The position numbers and the translations under genes are program-made. The notes beneath the pieces are model-generated. The model was not told the DNA's origin. It did not search any database and saw only the letters and a program-made list of their open reading frames with translations. Of a stretch of 64,000 nucleotides of DNA, positions 13,000 through 26,194 are shown in pieces; within the stretch, counting starts at the first letter, position 1, and each line of letters begins with the position of its first letter. Source of the DNA: Octopus bimaculoides (Eukaryota); assembly GCF_001194135.2 (NCBI RefSeq), contig NC_068990.1, positions 78,301,498 through 78,365,497 on the forward strand, read 5' to 3'.

Positions 13000-13316
13000 T
13001 GTAAAACCTATTTGCTTCCTAACCACACGGTTCAGTCCCACTATGTGGCACCATGGGCCAACCAAAGCCTTGTGAGTAGATTTGGTAGATGGAAATTGAA
13101 AGGAGTCCATCGTGTATATATATATGTGTGTGTTTGTCCCCCACCATTGCTTGACGACAGGTTGGCTTGCTTATGTGTCCATAAATTCTTGGTTCAGCAA
13201 AAGAGATCAATAGGGTACCAGACTCCAAAAAATAAGTTCTAAAGTCAATTTGTTCAAATAAATCCTTCAGGGTAGAGGACCACATGGCTGTGGTACAAGG
13301 ACTGAAACAAGCAAAA
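13000..13316 (+). mobile_element. Diverged family B SINE
   Basis: Colinear with 43897-44295 (ggttcagtcccact, ccaaagccttgtgagt.gatttggtaga, gactgaaacaag). Confidence 0.8.
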
Positions 13317-13348
13317 TTCACATATCCTCATCTTTCAACACTCTTCTG

Positions 13349-13790
13349 CTATGCTGTGCTCCAAAGTCCGTTTTGGCATGGTTCCTATGGCTGGACGATG
13401 CCCTTTCTAATGCCAACCACTTTATAAGGTGTACTGAGTGCTTTCTTTCATGGTGCCAGCACTGAGGAAGTTCTCATGTTGCTTGCAAGGTTAAGATCCT
13501 TACTGACAGGGAGGGGCCACAGTAGAACTGAAGGTGGCTTTTTGCAAGGTGATGAAAGGTTAGAATATGAAAGAAGGGACCTGGAACAGGTTTGTTGCTG
13601 TTAAGGAGAGACATGACTACACAGAGTAGGTGGAAGCGATTAGCATAGAGCTGAAAAGAGAAATAAAGATGGCAGGTGGGCCCTGGAGGGGTGAAAAGGG
13701 AGAAGATTGGCTGGGTAGCAGTAGCAACTGTGGACGGGTAATTAATGAGATGCGGGGTAATTAATGATAAGACGATTGGTACTTCTTTAT
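13349..13790 (-). mobile_element. Repeat with RTE-type 3' motif and purine-rich (plus strand) body
   Basis: gatgccctttctaatgccaacc is the reverse complement of the ggttggcgttaggaagggcatcc RTE tail motif. The body resembles 29640-29945. Confidence 0.6.
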
Positions 13791-13859
13791 ACAGCTGTCA
13801 TATCCATATACATCACATGATCTGCAGTCTCCTTTCATGCCCACTACATCTGATTCCTG

Positions 13860-13900
<41 letters not shown>

Positions 13901-13902
<2 letters not shown>

Positions 13903-14040
13903 GGGTGTCCATAAAGTCTTTTCACAATCTAAAAAATTTATTACAAAGACAACTGATAAGATATCTTAATCAGACTTGTTCTATTGTACTCAGTGGTTTT
14001 TTAAGTTGTGGATTCTATTTGTCATGTCACCCACAGACAG
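13901..14040 (+). mobile_element. Tc1/mariner-type terminal fragment
   Basis: Begins CAGGGTGTCCATAAAGTC at the end of a TA/CA tract. No partner TIR found; truncated by the RTE insertion. Confidence 0.45.
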
Positions 14041-14044
14041 CTTT

Positions 14045-14758
14045 TATCATGAAGAGAAATAATGTGTGCATACACAACAGAGTGTAAGCACCCTGAGAGA
14101 AAAGTTGGACATAAGAAGCATGAGATGTGGTGTGCAAGAGAGATGACAGCGCTGGTATGGTCCTGAGTTACGTATGCATGAGGATAGCTGTGTAAAGAAG
14201 TGTCACACCCTAACAGTGGAGGGAACCTGTGGAAGAGGTAGACCCAAGAAGACATGGGATGAGGTGGTGAAGCACGACCTTCGAATGTTGAGCCTCATTG
14301 AAATGATGATGAGTGACCGAGATCTTTGGAGATATGCTGTGCTTGAGAAGACCTGGCAAGCCAGGTGAGACTGTAACCATGGCCTATGCCAATGCAGCAT
14401 AACCAGCCTATTTAAGAGTAGCCTTCAATCATTGGGCAATAAACTGTGCTTGAGAAGACTTGTTGAGGCAAGTGAAGTCATTGTCATGGTTGATACCAAT
14501 GCCGCCTGACTGGCTCCTGTACTGGCAGCACCATTTGAGCATTGTTGTTGCCAGGGCCCCCTAACTGACTCTTGTGCCAGTGGAACATAAAAAGCACCCA
14601 CTACACTCTTGGAGTAATTGGCGTTAAGAAGGACATCCAGCTGTAGAAACCTTACCAGATCAGATTGGAGCCTGGTGCAGCCGACTGGCTTGCCAGTCCT
14701 CAGTCAAACTGTCGACCCCTTACCAGCATGAAAAGCGGACGTAGAATGATGACGGTGA
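14045..14758 (+). mobile_element. RTE-clade LINE, 5'-truncated 3' end
   Basis: C-terminal peptide MHEDSCVKKCHTLTVEGTCGRGRPKKTWDEVVKHDLRMLSL..DRDLWRYAVLEKT, then 3' UTR with the aggaagg.catccagctgtagaaa motif and a GAT-type tail. Confidence 0.9.
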
Positions 14759-15710
14759 CAATACATATACATACATACATATATATCTATATATACATAC
14801 ATATATATCTATATATACATACATATATAGATATATATATATAGAGAGAGAGACAGACAGAAAAAGCAAATCAATTTCAAACATAAACCTGATGAGTTGA
14901 TATTTTCTATTATTGGTACAATAACACTGATACTATGCGTTCTTTTGCATATTATATAATACTAGTGGAACAATAATCTTCTGATAAAATGTCGATGAAA
15001 CTAATTGTAGAATGACATCATAAAACGAATTTCTCACTCCGTTCTCCTTGTGAATATATAAACTCTATAAATGTTGACCGTCCATCAGCACAGTAATCCA
15101 TTTCTGTTTTATAATAGTACCCGATACGCATGGATAGGCTTAGTAAAGCAAAATCCAAACGGAATTTATATATATACACATATACACGCATGCAAGTAGT
15201 CATAAGTTTGAGATAAGAAAAAGAGTATCTAACTAAAAGATGGGACTTGAACTTAAAACCTGTTGCTTGCCAGGCAACTGTGTTACTAATTGATTACACT
15301 GTCGGAGTATGATTTCCCTTCTTTCCAAAATCAAGTACATATGTTCAAAACCTCTACCCTTGACCACTTGCAGATTCATCTCACCAATCTAGTACATATC
15401 CCACTTTTCATTCTCAGCAATAACTAATGACCAGGGCTAAAAAATTTCAGGTTGCTATTTTAGTTTTCTATCTTGGTATTCATATGGATACCATTAATTT
15501 ACTTTGATTTACAATAAGTCTTCAAGGTTAATTCTTTTCCAGAGAGTTTGAAGTTAATTATTGTTGAAACATTAAATCAAAATATGACAACTTAAGTTAG
15601 ACATTACTTGAAATAACTTCATCCTTGAGCATTATGTGTTCATAAAATTTTCAGTGACACACAAGAGATATGGTTATCGAAAGCTGATTTGAGAGCCAAT
15701 AAAAGGTTAA

Positions 15711-15926
15711 GTCTAACTAAGATTATTTTGTCAAATGTAATGCTTATCTATTCACATTGTTTTGAATTAATCATGCATTATCTCATAGCTTCAAGATCTC
15801 AATGATGCAATTGTTTATTTTTAGAATGATATTGTAGGGTATGTGTGAGGGGCCAGATCTGGTTGGTTTTAACATGAAACAAGCAGAATATTTGAGTCCG
15901 ATTTGACTGGTTCAAATGCTGAAGGG
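15711..15926. mobile_element. piggyBac-like MITE, left end decayed
   Basis: Body colinear with 41539-41759; right end aatgctgaaggg|TTAA. Confidence 0.7.
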
Positions 15927-17279
15927 TTAAAGAATGCAATTTCAAACGCACAGTTTAGAAATAAATCACAATTTCAGTTTTATTCATTTACACATAAATT
16001 AATTTATTTGACAATAACAAATAAATCTGTGGGGATTTTAGGTTAATATCTTGAACAGAATATTAAATTAAAACTACATACACACTTTAATGTAGACTGA
16101 AAAATAATTTTAGAGAATGAATGTGAATGCAATTATATTTTTTAGCTTTAAGTGAACCAATGTTTTAAGAGAACATTTTGTCCTATCCTTTCTGAAAACT
16201 GACGAGTGTGTTCATAAAATCAATAATTGGTGTTATTACTGCTATCTAACACTAAACTAATTTCAGTGTAGGTTCAGTGCAGATGAAACAGAAGGGATTG
16301 ATTCTATTTTGACTCCAACAGTGAACAATGAGCCATGATGTTAGTGAGACATTGTCTAGTTGCTTTAACTGAGATCAGACCATTTGCTTCTTCAAATTGT
16401 TAATATATATTTGCAGGGAAATTAAGTCACAACTAAGATGGGAAACTGCAGAATCCCACTGGTAGTCAATTGATAGTTACAGGGATATGGGAGCAGCAGA
16501 GAGGTAAAAAAACAGAATGAAGAGGATACTATTAATGATAGGGAGATTGGAATGGTAGATGTTGTATTAGTGTAGGAGTGGTGGTCACAAGTAGCCATGA
16601 CAGCAATACTATAACTTGTGATGTAAGTGACAGGATAGAAATAATGATGATTAAGATAATGTAGACAGGGTTGTGATTTGTGGGGAGACAATATACTACC
16701 CACCCACACACATTTCTTCCTCTGCCAATACCACAACCATGAGCATTGCCCCAACATTTACTAAAATTGCTGCTATGACCACCAGAACTATCCCTCTTAG
16801 CACACAAACCTTTTTTTTTTAGTCACAACTGCTGCGCCCTACTTCAAAACAAATAGATATGACAAAAATAAAGATCTTCATGAAAAAAACCAAAAAACAA
16901 AAAAAAAAAACCTGTAAATTCCAAAGCCATCACAAGCAAAACAGAATTTTAACTGGGCTGAGGAATATATATATACGAATGAATGAATGAATGAATGAGA
17001 GAGAGAGGGGGGGGGCATGCTGTATGCACACTTCTGTGCATGAATGTAATATGAGTCAAGTGATTTAATTGAAATGTAGGTGGGCGTGTGCGTGTGTCAA
17101 GTAATTTAATTGAAATGTAGGTGTGTGTGTGTGTGGCAACACTGGTGGGTTGGGTTGAGCTCCAGTGTAAAAGTATGACGTAGATGAACTGAGAAGTCTA
17201 ATGCCATAGATGGGAAATAGCATGGTCACTATTATCAAAAATCCTGGCTTCAGAGGGGCTCGAAACAATTCAAATTAAC

Positions 17280-17640
17280 TGAAAGCTTTTGATAAGGTTG
17301 ACCATCACAACAATGCAGCCAGTTATGCTGTGTTTTCTGATGGAATTGCTTAGTGGTCAGTCTAAATAGTTACCTATCAGGGTCAGTTTGAATGGTTGAA
17401 TAAAAGCGTCCTCTTTCATTGTGTCTCTATGTAGTGATTCTTGGGCTACTATTGCAGGAACTGGAAGTGTTGATAGGTATCCTGTTATATTAGCAAATGT
17501 GCATGACACTACTAGAATGGTGTCAGACACTACAGAAGCTGTGGCAGTTGGCATCATTCTAAACAAATTAGAAAGTGCATCAATACTGATGCTAGTGGGA
17601 AAATATTCCTCTCAAATTCCTTTATCCATTCCAGATGCCC
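17280..17640 (+). mobile_element. Old CR1/L2-type reverse transcriptase remnant
   Basis: KAFDKVDH and RVSLNG in translation, plus decayed equivalents of PQGSVLGP and FADDT in the correct order. Confidence 0.6.
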
Positions 17641-18192
17641 TTGCACAAGCTTCCAAGTTCTAAATCTACACAGAAACCAACTAGGTCAACAAAAACAATG
17701 CTTGCAGAAGACAACTGTCAGTCTTGCTCGAATTCTAATGTATTGCAACTTTGTAATTAAGAAAAAACAAAAATTACTTGTAGTTATTCTATTACACACC
17801 CAACTTTGATGCACAACCATTTCAGGAGTAAATGCAGGTGAGATCCCCATCATTTTTTTCTGCATATTAAATGTATAGAATGAGTTGACAGCCTTATACA
17901 ATTCTTTATCACAGCTAATGGCTTTATAATATTTGAATTCATTTCATGCTTCTGCTTCACACTGTGTTGTTCATAATAAATTTGCGCACGTGCGTGCACA
18001 CACACACACACAGAAATGCAACTCCATTCTTTCAATTTTGACAAAATTTAAAAGAACAAAATAATGAGATCAAAATAAGAAATTAGAGAAGTGAAAATAA
18101 AAAGAAACCAAAAGGAAAACAAACTTGAAGGGGTTGTAAAACAAATATATAAGAAAATTAGCATAAACATAAATAAAGCACATTTTTGTTAA

Positions 18193-18477
18193 TGTTGCCA
18201 GTGCCGCTGGACTGGCTCCCGTGCAGGTGGCACGTAAAAAAACACCACTTGAGCATGGCCATTGCCAGTCCCACATGACTGGCCCTCATGCCGGTGGCAC
18301 ATAAAAGCACCCACTACACTCTCAGAGTGGTTGGTGTTAGGAAGGGCATCCAGCTGTAGAAACTTTGCCAGATCAGTTTGGAGCCTGGTGCAGCCATCTG
18401 GTTCACCAGTCCTCAGTGAAATCGTCCAACCCATGCTAGCATGGAAAGCGGACATTAAACGATGATGATGATGATGT
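18193..18477 (+). mobile_element. RTE 3' UTR fragment
   Basis: Two hairpin subunits, ggttggtgttaggaagggcatccagctgtagaaac, ending in a (GAT)n tail. Confidence 0.88.
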
Positions 18478-18659
18478 ATACCTCATTCTAGTGTGTATGT
18501 GTGCATGTGCATTCATGCACGCTTGAGTTTTAATTTAAACAAATTAAATCTTCTCTTAAAAATTGACTCCTTTTATAAATACATAAATAATTTTCTAAGT
18601 CATGTATAAAACAATAATTCTTGTGATTAGATTTGCAGCCAACCATAAAATGGATTGGA

Positions 18660-18790
18660 GTCCAATTAGTTGAACCAATCGCAGTAAATAACTGGAACTT
18701 ATTTTATCAAACCGAAGTGATGAAAGGCAAAGTCAACTCCTGACAAGGATTGAACTAAGAATAACGAGGTTTCAAGAATAAAATCAGAAA
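18660..18790 (-). mobile_element. Diverged family C SINE fragment
   Basis: aactggaacttattttatc...gatgaaaggcaaagtcaac is the reverse complement of the family C core. Confidence 0.65.
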
Positions 18791-19429
18791 GCATTGAATC
18801 TTCTTTATTGTTGTTTATGATAAATCTACTCTTTTATATGGCAATACAGATTTATTTTTACATTGGAACAAAACCATAAATTTGTAGAAGACAGGCATTG
18901 TCTTCTAGTATATGCCTGTCAATCTCAGATGATGAGTGACTGGTCACAGCAACCCACATAGAATTGAACCCAGAACCCAATGATCTAAACGAATAATGTT
19001 AGAATTTTAATCTGGTGCTTTACTTCATCACTTTCTGTGTTGAGAAACAGAAAAAGAAAAAAAGAAAGAAAAAAAAAAGGAAATGGTAGGAGAATGAAAA
19101 ATAAATAACAAAAATCAAAAGAAGGTTTAACAAAAATTTCCAAAATATATAAAAATAAAGAAAACAGTAAATATGTTGATAAAAAGAAAGTAAAAACCAC
19201 TTCAATTGCACCAAGATGCAGTCAAGTTTAAAAGAATTATGAAACATTCAGAAGGAAACGGAAACAATGCAGCAAATTTGGAAGCAATTAAAATCAAATA
19301 TTTCATTCTCAAGCAAAAGAATGCAAAGCATTTTTGGTGTGTTTTTTGTTTTAATTTTTATTTTAAAAACAGACATAGAAAAGAGCATTGGAGAGAATAT
19401 TTCACACAATCATCATCATTATTATTATT

Positions 19430-19625
19430 ATTATTATTAGGGCCATGTGCTGGCAGAATCATTACAATAAAGGACAAAATGCCTTGTGGTAATTAATTAT
19501 TCCACTTTGTTCTGAGTTCAAATCCCACTACGGTTGATTGCCCTTTATCCTTCCAGGGTTGATAAAACAAGTACAAACCAACTACTAGGGTTGACCTAAT
19601 TGACTGTTCCCTCCCCTAGAGTCGA
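19430..19625 (+). mobile_element. Family C SINE after an (ATC)(ATT)n tract
   Basis: gctggcagaatcatta...gttctgagttcaaatccc...gataaaacaagtac. Confidence 0.75.
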
Positions 19626-20414
19626 ATTTTTCCCTTTAAACTCTTGAATTCTTGAACATTTATGAAACAGATTATGAAGGTTTACTGACCAGTGCCATAG
19701 AGGATATTAACTTTAATCTTCAGCATCCTAAGAACATACTAAAGTAGCCAGAGGATGAGAGTTATCTGTACAATATTGTTAATACTTATTTGATCAACTT
19801 TACACATTAATAGAAAAATAATGTTGAAAGTAAAAATCAATAAAAGTGGTTTTGAACTTAAAAATGAACTTTGATGGTGTTGCTTGGCCAATTGAGTTCT
19901 TTACAAATTATACAACAACACATCAGGAATAACAAGTGTGAAACTGCACCAACAAGGGAACCTTTATACAGTTGTTTGCTTTGCTAAGAATAGCAGCTGA
20001 TTTTCTCTCAATGGATACCCTACCAGCTGAAAAGGGCACCCAGAAAATGAGCCATAGATACACAAAAATATAAATGATCATTGCGGGTGTGCTCAGTCAT
20101 AGCTAACCTGAAGTTAAAAGATGTCTACTAAAATAATTTGGATGACTTGTACAGGAAAACTAAAATTTACATTCACTGACCTCCATCTTCCAGCAGTGTC
20201 ACAATGGCAAAGAAACAGGTGGAATAAAAAATAGATAAAATTGCCTTTACTTAGAAGAAACAGCTTCAAAGAAAGAATTAGAAACTGTAGGAAGACTTGG
20301 CTAATTAGGGATCAACTTTCATTTTAGCAGTGTATGCTAGAGTAAATACTAAAATACATATTGTTGACATCATAAGAATTTATTAACTTTAAGAGAGCAT
20401 GAAATAATTCTTTT

Positions 20415-20640
20415 TTGGAACAGTGGATCTGGAAGCACATAAAGCTATAAATAATAGCATGGAAATATTGGGTTAAGAAAACCCTTTAAATTGAAAAAGT
20501 TAACGGCTGCCAGTAGTATGCAAACTCACATCACCTGTAAACAGATGTTCTATCACATGTAGCCTTTTATTTTCTCTATCCAAAGATTTGCTTTAACCCA
20601 GTATTTACAGTGTTATGTGCTTCAAGATCCACTGTTCCAA
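20415..20640. repeat. Inverted repeat / foldback element
   Basis: Outer 28 bp match at 27/28 (ttggaacagtggatct[g/t]gaagcacataa), continuing imperfectly for about 60-75 bp. No TSD found. Confidence 0.85.
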
Positions 20641-23600
20641 TATATATGTGGACAACATTTCTGATTAAAAGAAAATCTAAAATAGAAGAAAAGAAAGGGA
20701 GCAACTGTGGGACAAAATGAAAAAGACGAAGAGAAGAATCATTTAAGATGATTATAGATTATAAGAGAGTCAAAGAAAAGTGGCCAGTGAGAAGAGATCA
20801 ATGCAACATCAGTCAAATATTGATTCTTTTAGCTATCAAACAGCAATTCACACACAAGTAGAAGAGATCATCTCAGTTGGTAACCCCACCCCCAATGAGA
20901 AGCACCCAACATTAATCCTGTTGGTGGGAAACAATTGGAAAATAATCAAATGGCATTCATGGCCTCTTCAATGGCAATAATAATATAAATCAGTTGAAAT
21001 TGTAATAAACTGTACTTGCTTAAAAACTTATGACCACATACTTGTCATGCGCGCACACACACACACATTTACATTATGTAAATATTTCTTGAGGCAGAGA
21101 GAGAATATATGTGAGTGGAGCTACTCATGGGTTAGTGGCTGAGTTGATAAGGTGTTTCATGACTGGCTGTTTTAAAAGCTGTCACTGGTACACTTAACTC
21201 TCTGGCTACTCTAGCATATATCTAGTCACAGAACTATAAAGAGGTACCACACAACAGGAATAATTCACCACTAAATAGTGGCAGTGTTATTAACCTGACA
21301 ACACACTTCAGCCTCTGCTCCATAAAACCTTCTTGCTGACTTTTCTCTCTGCTTTTATACAACCACTATCATGGCCTTTGCTTCTCACAGCTGGTTGATT
21401 TCATTCCACCGCCATTCAGGCAACCCTACTTGTTTGTCTCTCCTCTTTTTGACATGCATATTATATCCAAATTAGGTCCACTGTCTTGGAGGGCCTGTGA
21501 AGGTGAAGCAAACAGTCCCTTCTTTCAGTGCAACCAAAACACAAAAGTGTTTCATTAACTTGCAAAGAGATGACCCCACTTCCAAGTTAAATTTACTCTA
21601 TAAGAAAACCTTCGGTGTCTTCCTATGACCAAATGCATTATGGGACTATGCTATCACTATGCTCAAGCATTCAAATACAAAAAAAGGTAAGATTAATGTG
21701 ATACAAAAGTTGAAATTGAATCCACATCTTCTAAATAGAACACAAGTACAAAAACTTTATCCTTTCTATTCAACTTATTATTCATTACTTTTCAGTGTTA
21801 TTCATAATAACTCTGAGTATTGACAAAGTACAATTTCCTGATTTTTATCTTTAGTGGAAGATTTTATGTTAAATGTTAGCACAATTATTGAACACCTAAT
21901 TTAGGAATTTCTGCTGAATTTATGTAAAATACATTAACTTAAAATAAATTGACTCCCACCACCACATAATTATCGGAAACAAGTATCTTACACCAAGGTT
22001 AAGTGTCCCTTATTTATATCTATCCTGAACAAGAGAAGATAGAATAGTGATAGCTGTTTTCCAGAATGGTGTGTCTGAACTAAGTAAAACAGCTGAAGAG
22101 ACAGCTACAGTATATATTTTCACCTTTGGATGCATTTCCAAATGTTAACTACTGAAATATAAATAGGGGATATGTATTTGATATTTCTAATGTTTAGTAA
22201 AGTCACATTAAAGTGAGCAGAGACTTATACTGGAGGGTCCAGCTGTGATGTTTAGATCAACAAATTTAACCATTTAGCCACATGTCTTTAGGAAATTATA
22301 TTATGCAATGCTCTCTTGTAATCTGCAGCAGGCAGGCAGGAAGTCACATGCCGAGCTAGCAACTTTACCTACCTTCAGGAAGGCTTTGGCCTTGTGGACA
22401 ACAAAATAACATTTCATTGGTTATGTATGGAAAAATACAATATCAATCACAAAAGGGTTAAAGAAAAAAAGAAAACAAAAAGATGATGAAACCATTTCTC
22501 TTATTGGTATAGTTGGTTTGGTTGACAACTAAGCAATATCTATTTTATATTCTGGCAGAATCTCAACTCCAGCAGCTCTTTTCATTGTACAGAGCAAACT
22601 CCAGTTGACTGAAGAAGGCAGAGAGGGAATTAAGAGTGAATCTCAAAATCCAATCTTTGAGGAGACAGTGCAACTAATAAACAATTATTGGTGGTGTGAC
22701 AAAAAGTTGCTGATGAGCAAAGTTAGCAACCACAATCAGTGCCATTTCACACTCCACAATTTGGCTACTGTACTCGGGAATGGCAATTAATGCTGAAAAT
22801 TCCCATTTTATATTTTCTGTAAATCTTTGACTTCATGCAAATTTATGAAATCATTATAAATCATCATCATCATATTATTATTCAAAATTGAGTTAAGAAA
22901 TGGGTTTCAATTTCTAAAAGTATTTTCACACTGAAATTAGTTCACAACTTGATTTTAAATGGGTGCAAACATGGGTGCTTCTAACTGCCATGCTGGGTGT
23001 GTGGAAAATATTAAAGATTAGTACTGGCCAAATTGACTAACATCTATGCAGGTTTAGATGCTGGTCACTCAATAGTTTAGTGGTATTGCCATAAATGTAT
23101 GGTCCTGAGTATCAAGATGCACATCCAGTTTAGCTGAAACTTAAATATTGGGTTCTGAGTGAGTAATAAGGATATTAGAATAACATGTTGCTTTCCCAAA
23201 CTATCCTCTGTATTAGTGAGTTTAAAGATATGTTCAAAAATGTGTGTGTGTGTTTGTGATGTATGTGCACATGTGTATATACACACATATATATGCACAC
23301 ACATGCATACATACATATGTATATATGCACACACATATATATATATATATGCACACATATGCATACATACCAATTAAAAAAGTTCGTAACCCACCCACCT
23401 CCATGAAGTGTGTTTAAAAGGACACACTGAGAGACATGCTAACTCAGAGATTACAAAAAACATTTATGGGGTTTTGTGTTTTTTTCTTCCTTCTATTTTT
23501 TGGCTAAATTTGATTTTACAGTATGTGGGAGCATGATTAACCTAATCTACTTTATTACGTAGATATATACCAGTGTTTCACAAATCAATGAGATGAAAGG

Positions 23601-24109
23601 TAAAGCTATCTACACACACACACACACACACGAACCAAACTGAGCAGTAGACTATTGGTAAATACTAATCAGTTTAGTTTATGGTTAATCACTTGAAAGT
23701 TTTAATAGTAGAAGCCCATGGCACAGACAACAAATCAGGTGAAATACTTAGCCAAAATTCTATATGTTTAACTTAAATGAGGGACAATGTGTTCCAAGTT
23801 GTAGAACTTAAAAGCATGATTTCCATTTTGATACATAAGGAAAGCACTGGCTACTACATTAAGCTGCTGGTATTGCTTAGCCACAAGTCCCTTGTGGCTT
23901 ATATAGATGACAAGTGTTGCTGCAGACTGGGCAACAGCACTGAGGTTCTATTGTGAACTGGCAACTGAACCAACTATGAGAGTTTCTTCATGTTCAGATA
24001 TTCTTTAGCTAACATCAGCTTACTGCTGACAGCTACTGCAAACTACAAGAGCAGACTGATGATTACAAAACGAAATTTAGTTAGCATCCAGTCAAGATTG
24101 CAGCTCAGC

Positions 24110-24258
24110 CACTGGCGTAGCTAGGGAAGGGCAGGAGGGGTGGTCCATCCTGGGTGGCACTTTTGGGTCTGCTGTAGACAATGTGTTTTTTGTGGGGCTT
24201 GGGGGGCAGCAAAATGGAAGGGTGGCTCTGGGCAGCACACACTCTAGCTACATTAGTG
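24110..24258. mobile_element. hAT-type MITE
   Basis: 15-bp TIRs cactggcgtagctag / ctagctacattagtg. Perfect 8-bp TSD agctcagc at 24102-24109 and 24259-24266. Confidence 0.88.
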
Positions 24259-24711
24259 AGCTCAGCCTAACAAAAACAGTGATTGATTCATTAGGAAGAC
24301 AGAGATTGAATAAAAATTCTGAAAAAAATGATGTTTAAACATGAGAGTGCTGGAGCCAGTAATTCATTTGCATCTGATGGCTGTAAGTCAGTGCCAGGAT
24401 AATGAAGAAATAATGACAAGTAGTGCAGATTGGAGAAAGAGATCCATCAATTGTTGTTAGTATTGGGATTTGAGTAAAGGATCTTTAATGTCTGTGCATA
24501 ACTCTTCGAAACGCCGGTGTTAAAACGGGGGTAGCTGATGAAGGAAAATGTTCTCTATGTGGCTTGTGTGTTTTCTGTACTCTGGTGATTATTATTTTCT
24601 TGTCTACGTTTTGTTTGCAATGTCCTGTACCCAGATATGCACCTATATATACAGGTAGACGTAGGTATGCACATACCTGTATGTATATATGCATATACTC
24701 ATTTATTATTT

Positions 24712-24747
<36 letters not shown>

Positions 24748-25006
24748 GGGGAGTGGGGGATCCACCTTCAGTGCAACAAGAATTGCTGGGAACCTGTTTC
24801 ACATGAGAAGGGGAACCAAGTGATAACCATCTACGGTGCAGGAACAATTTGCTGAAAGGTAACCAGAGTGTAGCTGTAGTTTATGATGTGTGTGTGTGTG
24901 TACATATGTGTGTGGCAGGGCAAATGATGTCACATTGCATCTACACTCTGTGCTACAAGAATAGAATGTAAAGGGGGAGAATAGGTGTGTAATTGATGTA
25001 AACAAT

Positions 25007-25040
<34 letters not shown>

Positions 25041-25769
25041 GATGACACACACACACAGTGTAAAACAAGAACAAACAACAAGTCCTCTACAAAGCATAAA
25101 TGTTAACAGCAAACAGTCAGCAACAAAAAGGCTCTAAAAATTGTAGCTGCATTTATTTGTTTATTTATTTATTATTATTATTATTTTTTTGGTGTTTTTT
25201 TTTCTTTTCTTTTAGTTTAAAGCACAACAAATCAATGGCTTGGAAGTTAAAAAAAGTGTGTAATACATAAACAACAACCATGACACAAGAGTAGGAGGAT
25301 GCCTAGTGGGTGGGAGATTAAGGCTGAAAGGTTAAATGAAACCACTTGTTATGTGTGGTAGTTGTTTGCTGTATATTTTATATCCATATCATACTACTAC
25401 CTTCAGGGAATTAATGCTGAACAAGAGCAATTGTATTGCATCTGCCTGTAAAAAGACAAACATTCAGGTTTTTTTGGTTTTATTTGGTACCAGAGACATT
25501 GCAGACATTGGGTAAGGGGAAGGGATGGAGACAAGAGTGGGGTGAGTGGTGGTGGAAAGAAAGAAAGAGAGAGACAGACAGACAGACAGAGGTGGTGGTA
25601 AGATAAGGCAAGAAACATCAATCTTATGAATCAGGAAAACAAATTATTTGGAGAAGTACTGGAAATGGGGTGGGAAATTAGGGTGCATTGGATTCAATAA
25701 CATAACATTATAATTAGGTAAGCATATGTGTATGTATGTATGTATATACACACACACACACACACACAC

Positions 25770-25975
25770 AACAGGCTTGCATATACCAAATTTCACTGAT
25801 GGGGTATTGACCAGCCTGAGCTACAATAGGAACTTGCAGAGGAACAGTTTCAAAGATCGACTGAAATGCCAACTCACCCAAGCAAGGATAGACCCTACAG
25901 AGTGGGAATGAGTTGCAGCCCAGAAGTTGTGGCCAGATTAAGAAGCATACATAAGTTATAAATATCAACTGATAC
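25770..25975 (+). mobile_element. RTE (BovB-like) ORF C-terminal remnant
   Basis: FKDRLKCQLTQARIDPTEWE*VAA resembles the RTE C-terminal RFKDTLK..GID..WE.LA.DR motif; followed by poly(A). Confidence 0.6.
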
Positions 25976-26004
25976 AGTAAAAAAAAAAAAAAAAAAAAAA
26001 AAAA

Positions 26005-26052
26005 NNNNNNNNNNNNNNNNNNNNNNNNNNNNNNNNNNNNNNNNNNNNNNNN
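26005..26052. other. Assembly gap inside poly(A)
   Basis: 48 N. Confidence 0.99.
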
Positions 26053-26194
26053 AAAAAAAAAAAAAAAAAAAAAAAAAACACACAAAAAAGGATTCCGCTT
26101 CCATCTGTGTGGTGGTAACAATTGATCTGTTATTGAGTTGCTCATTCCTCAAAATAATTCTCAATGATATTTCTATTTTTAATTTCTCAACATG

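Noticed and set aside
23878-23945. Two small hairpins with an AGATGA box (H/ACA snoRNA-like)
   Set aside because: The hairpins are too short, and there are no pseudouridylation pockets or terminal ACA box.
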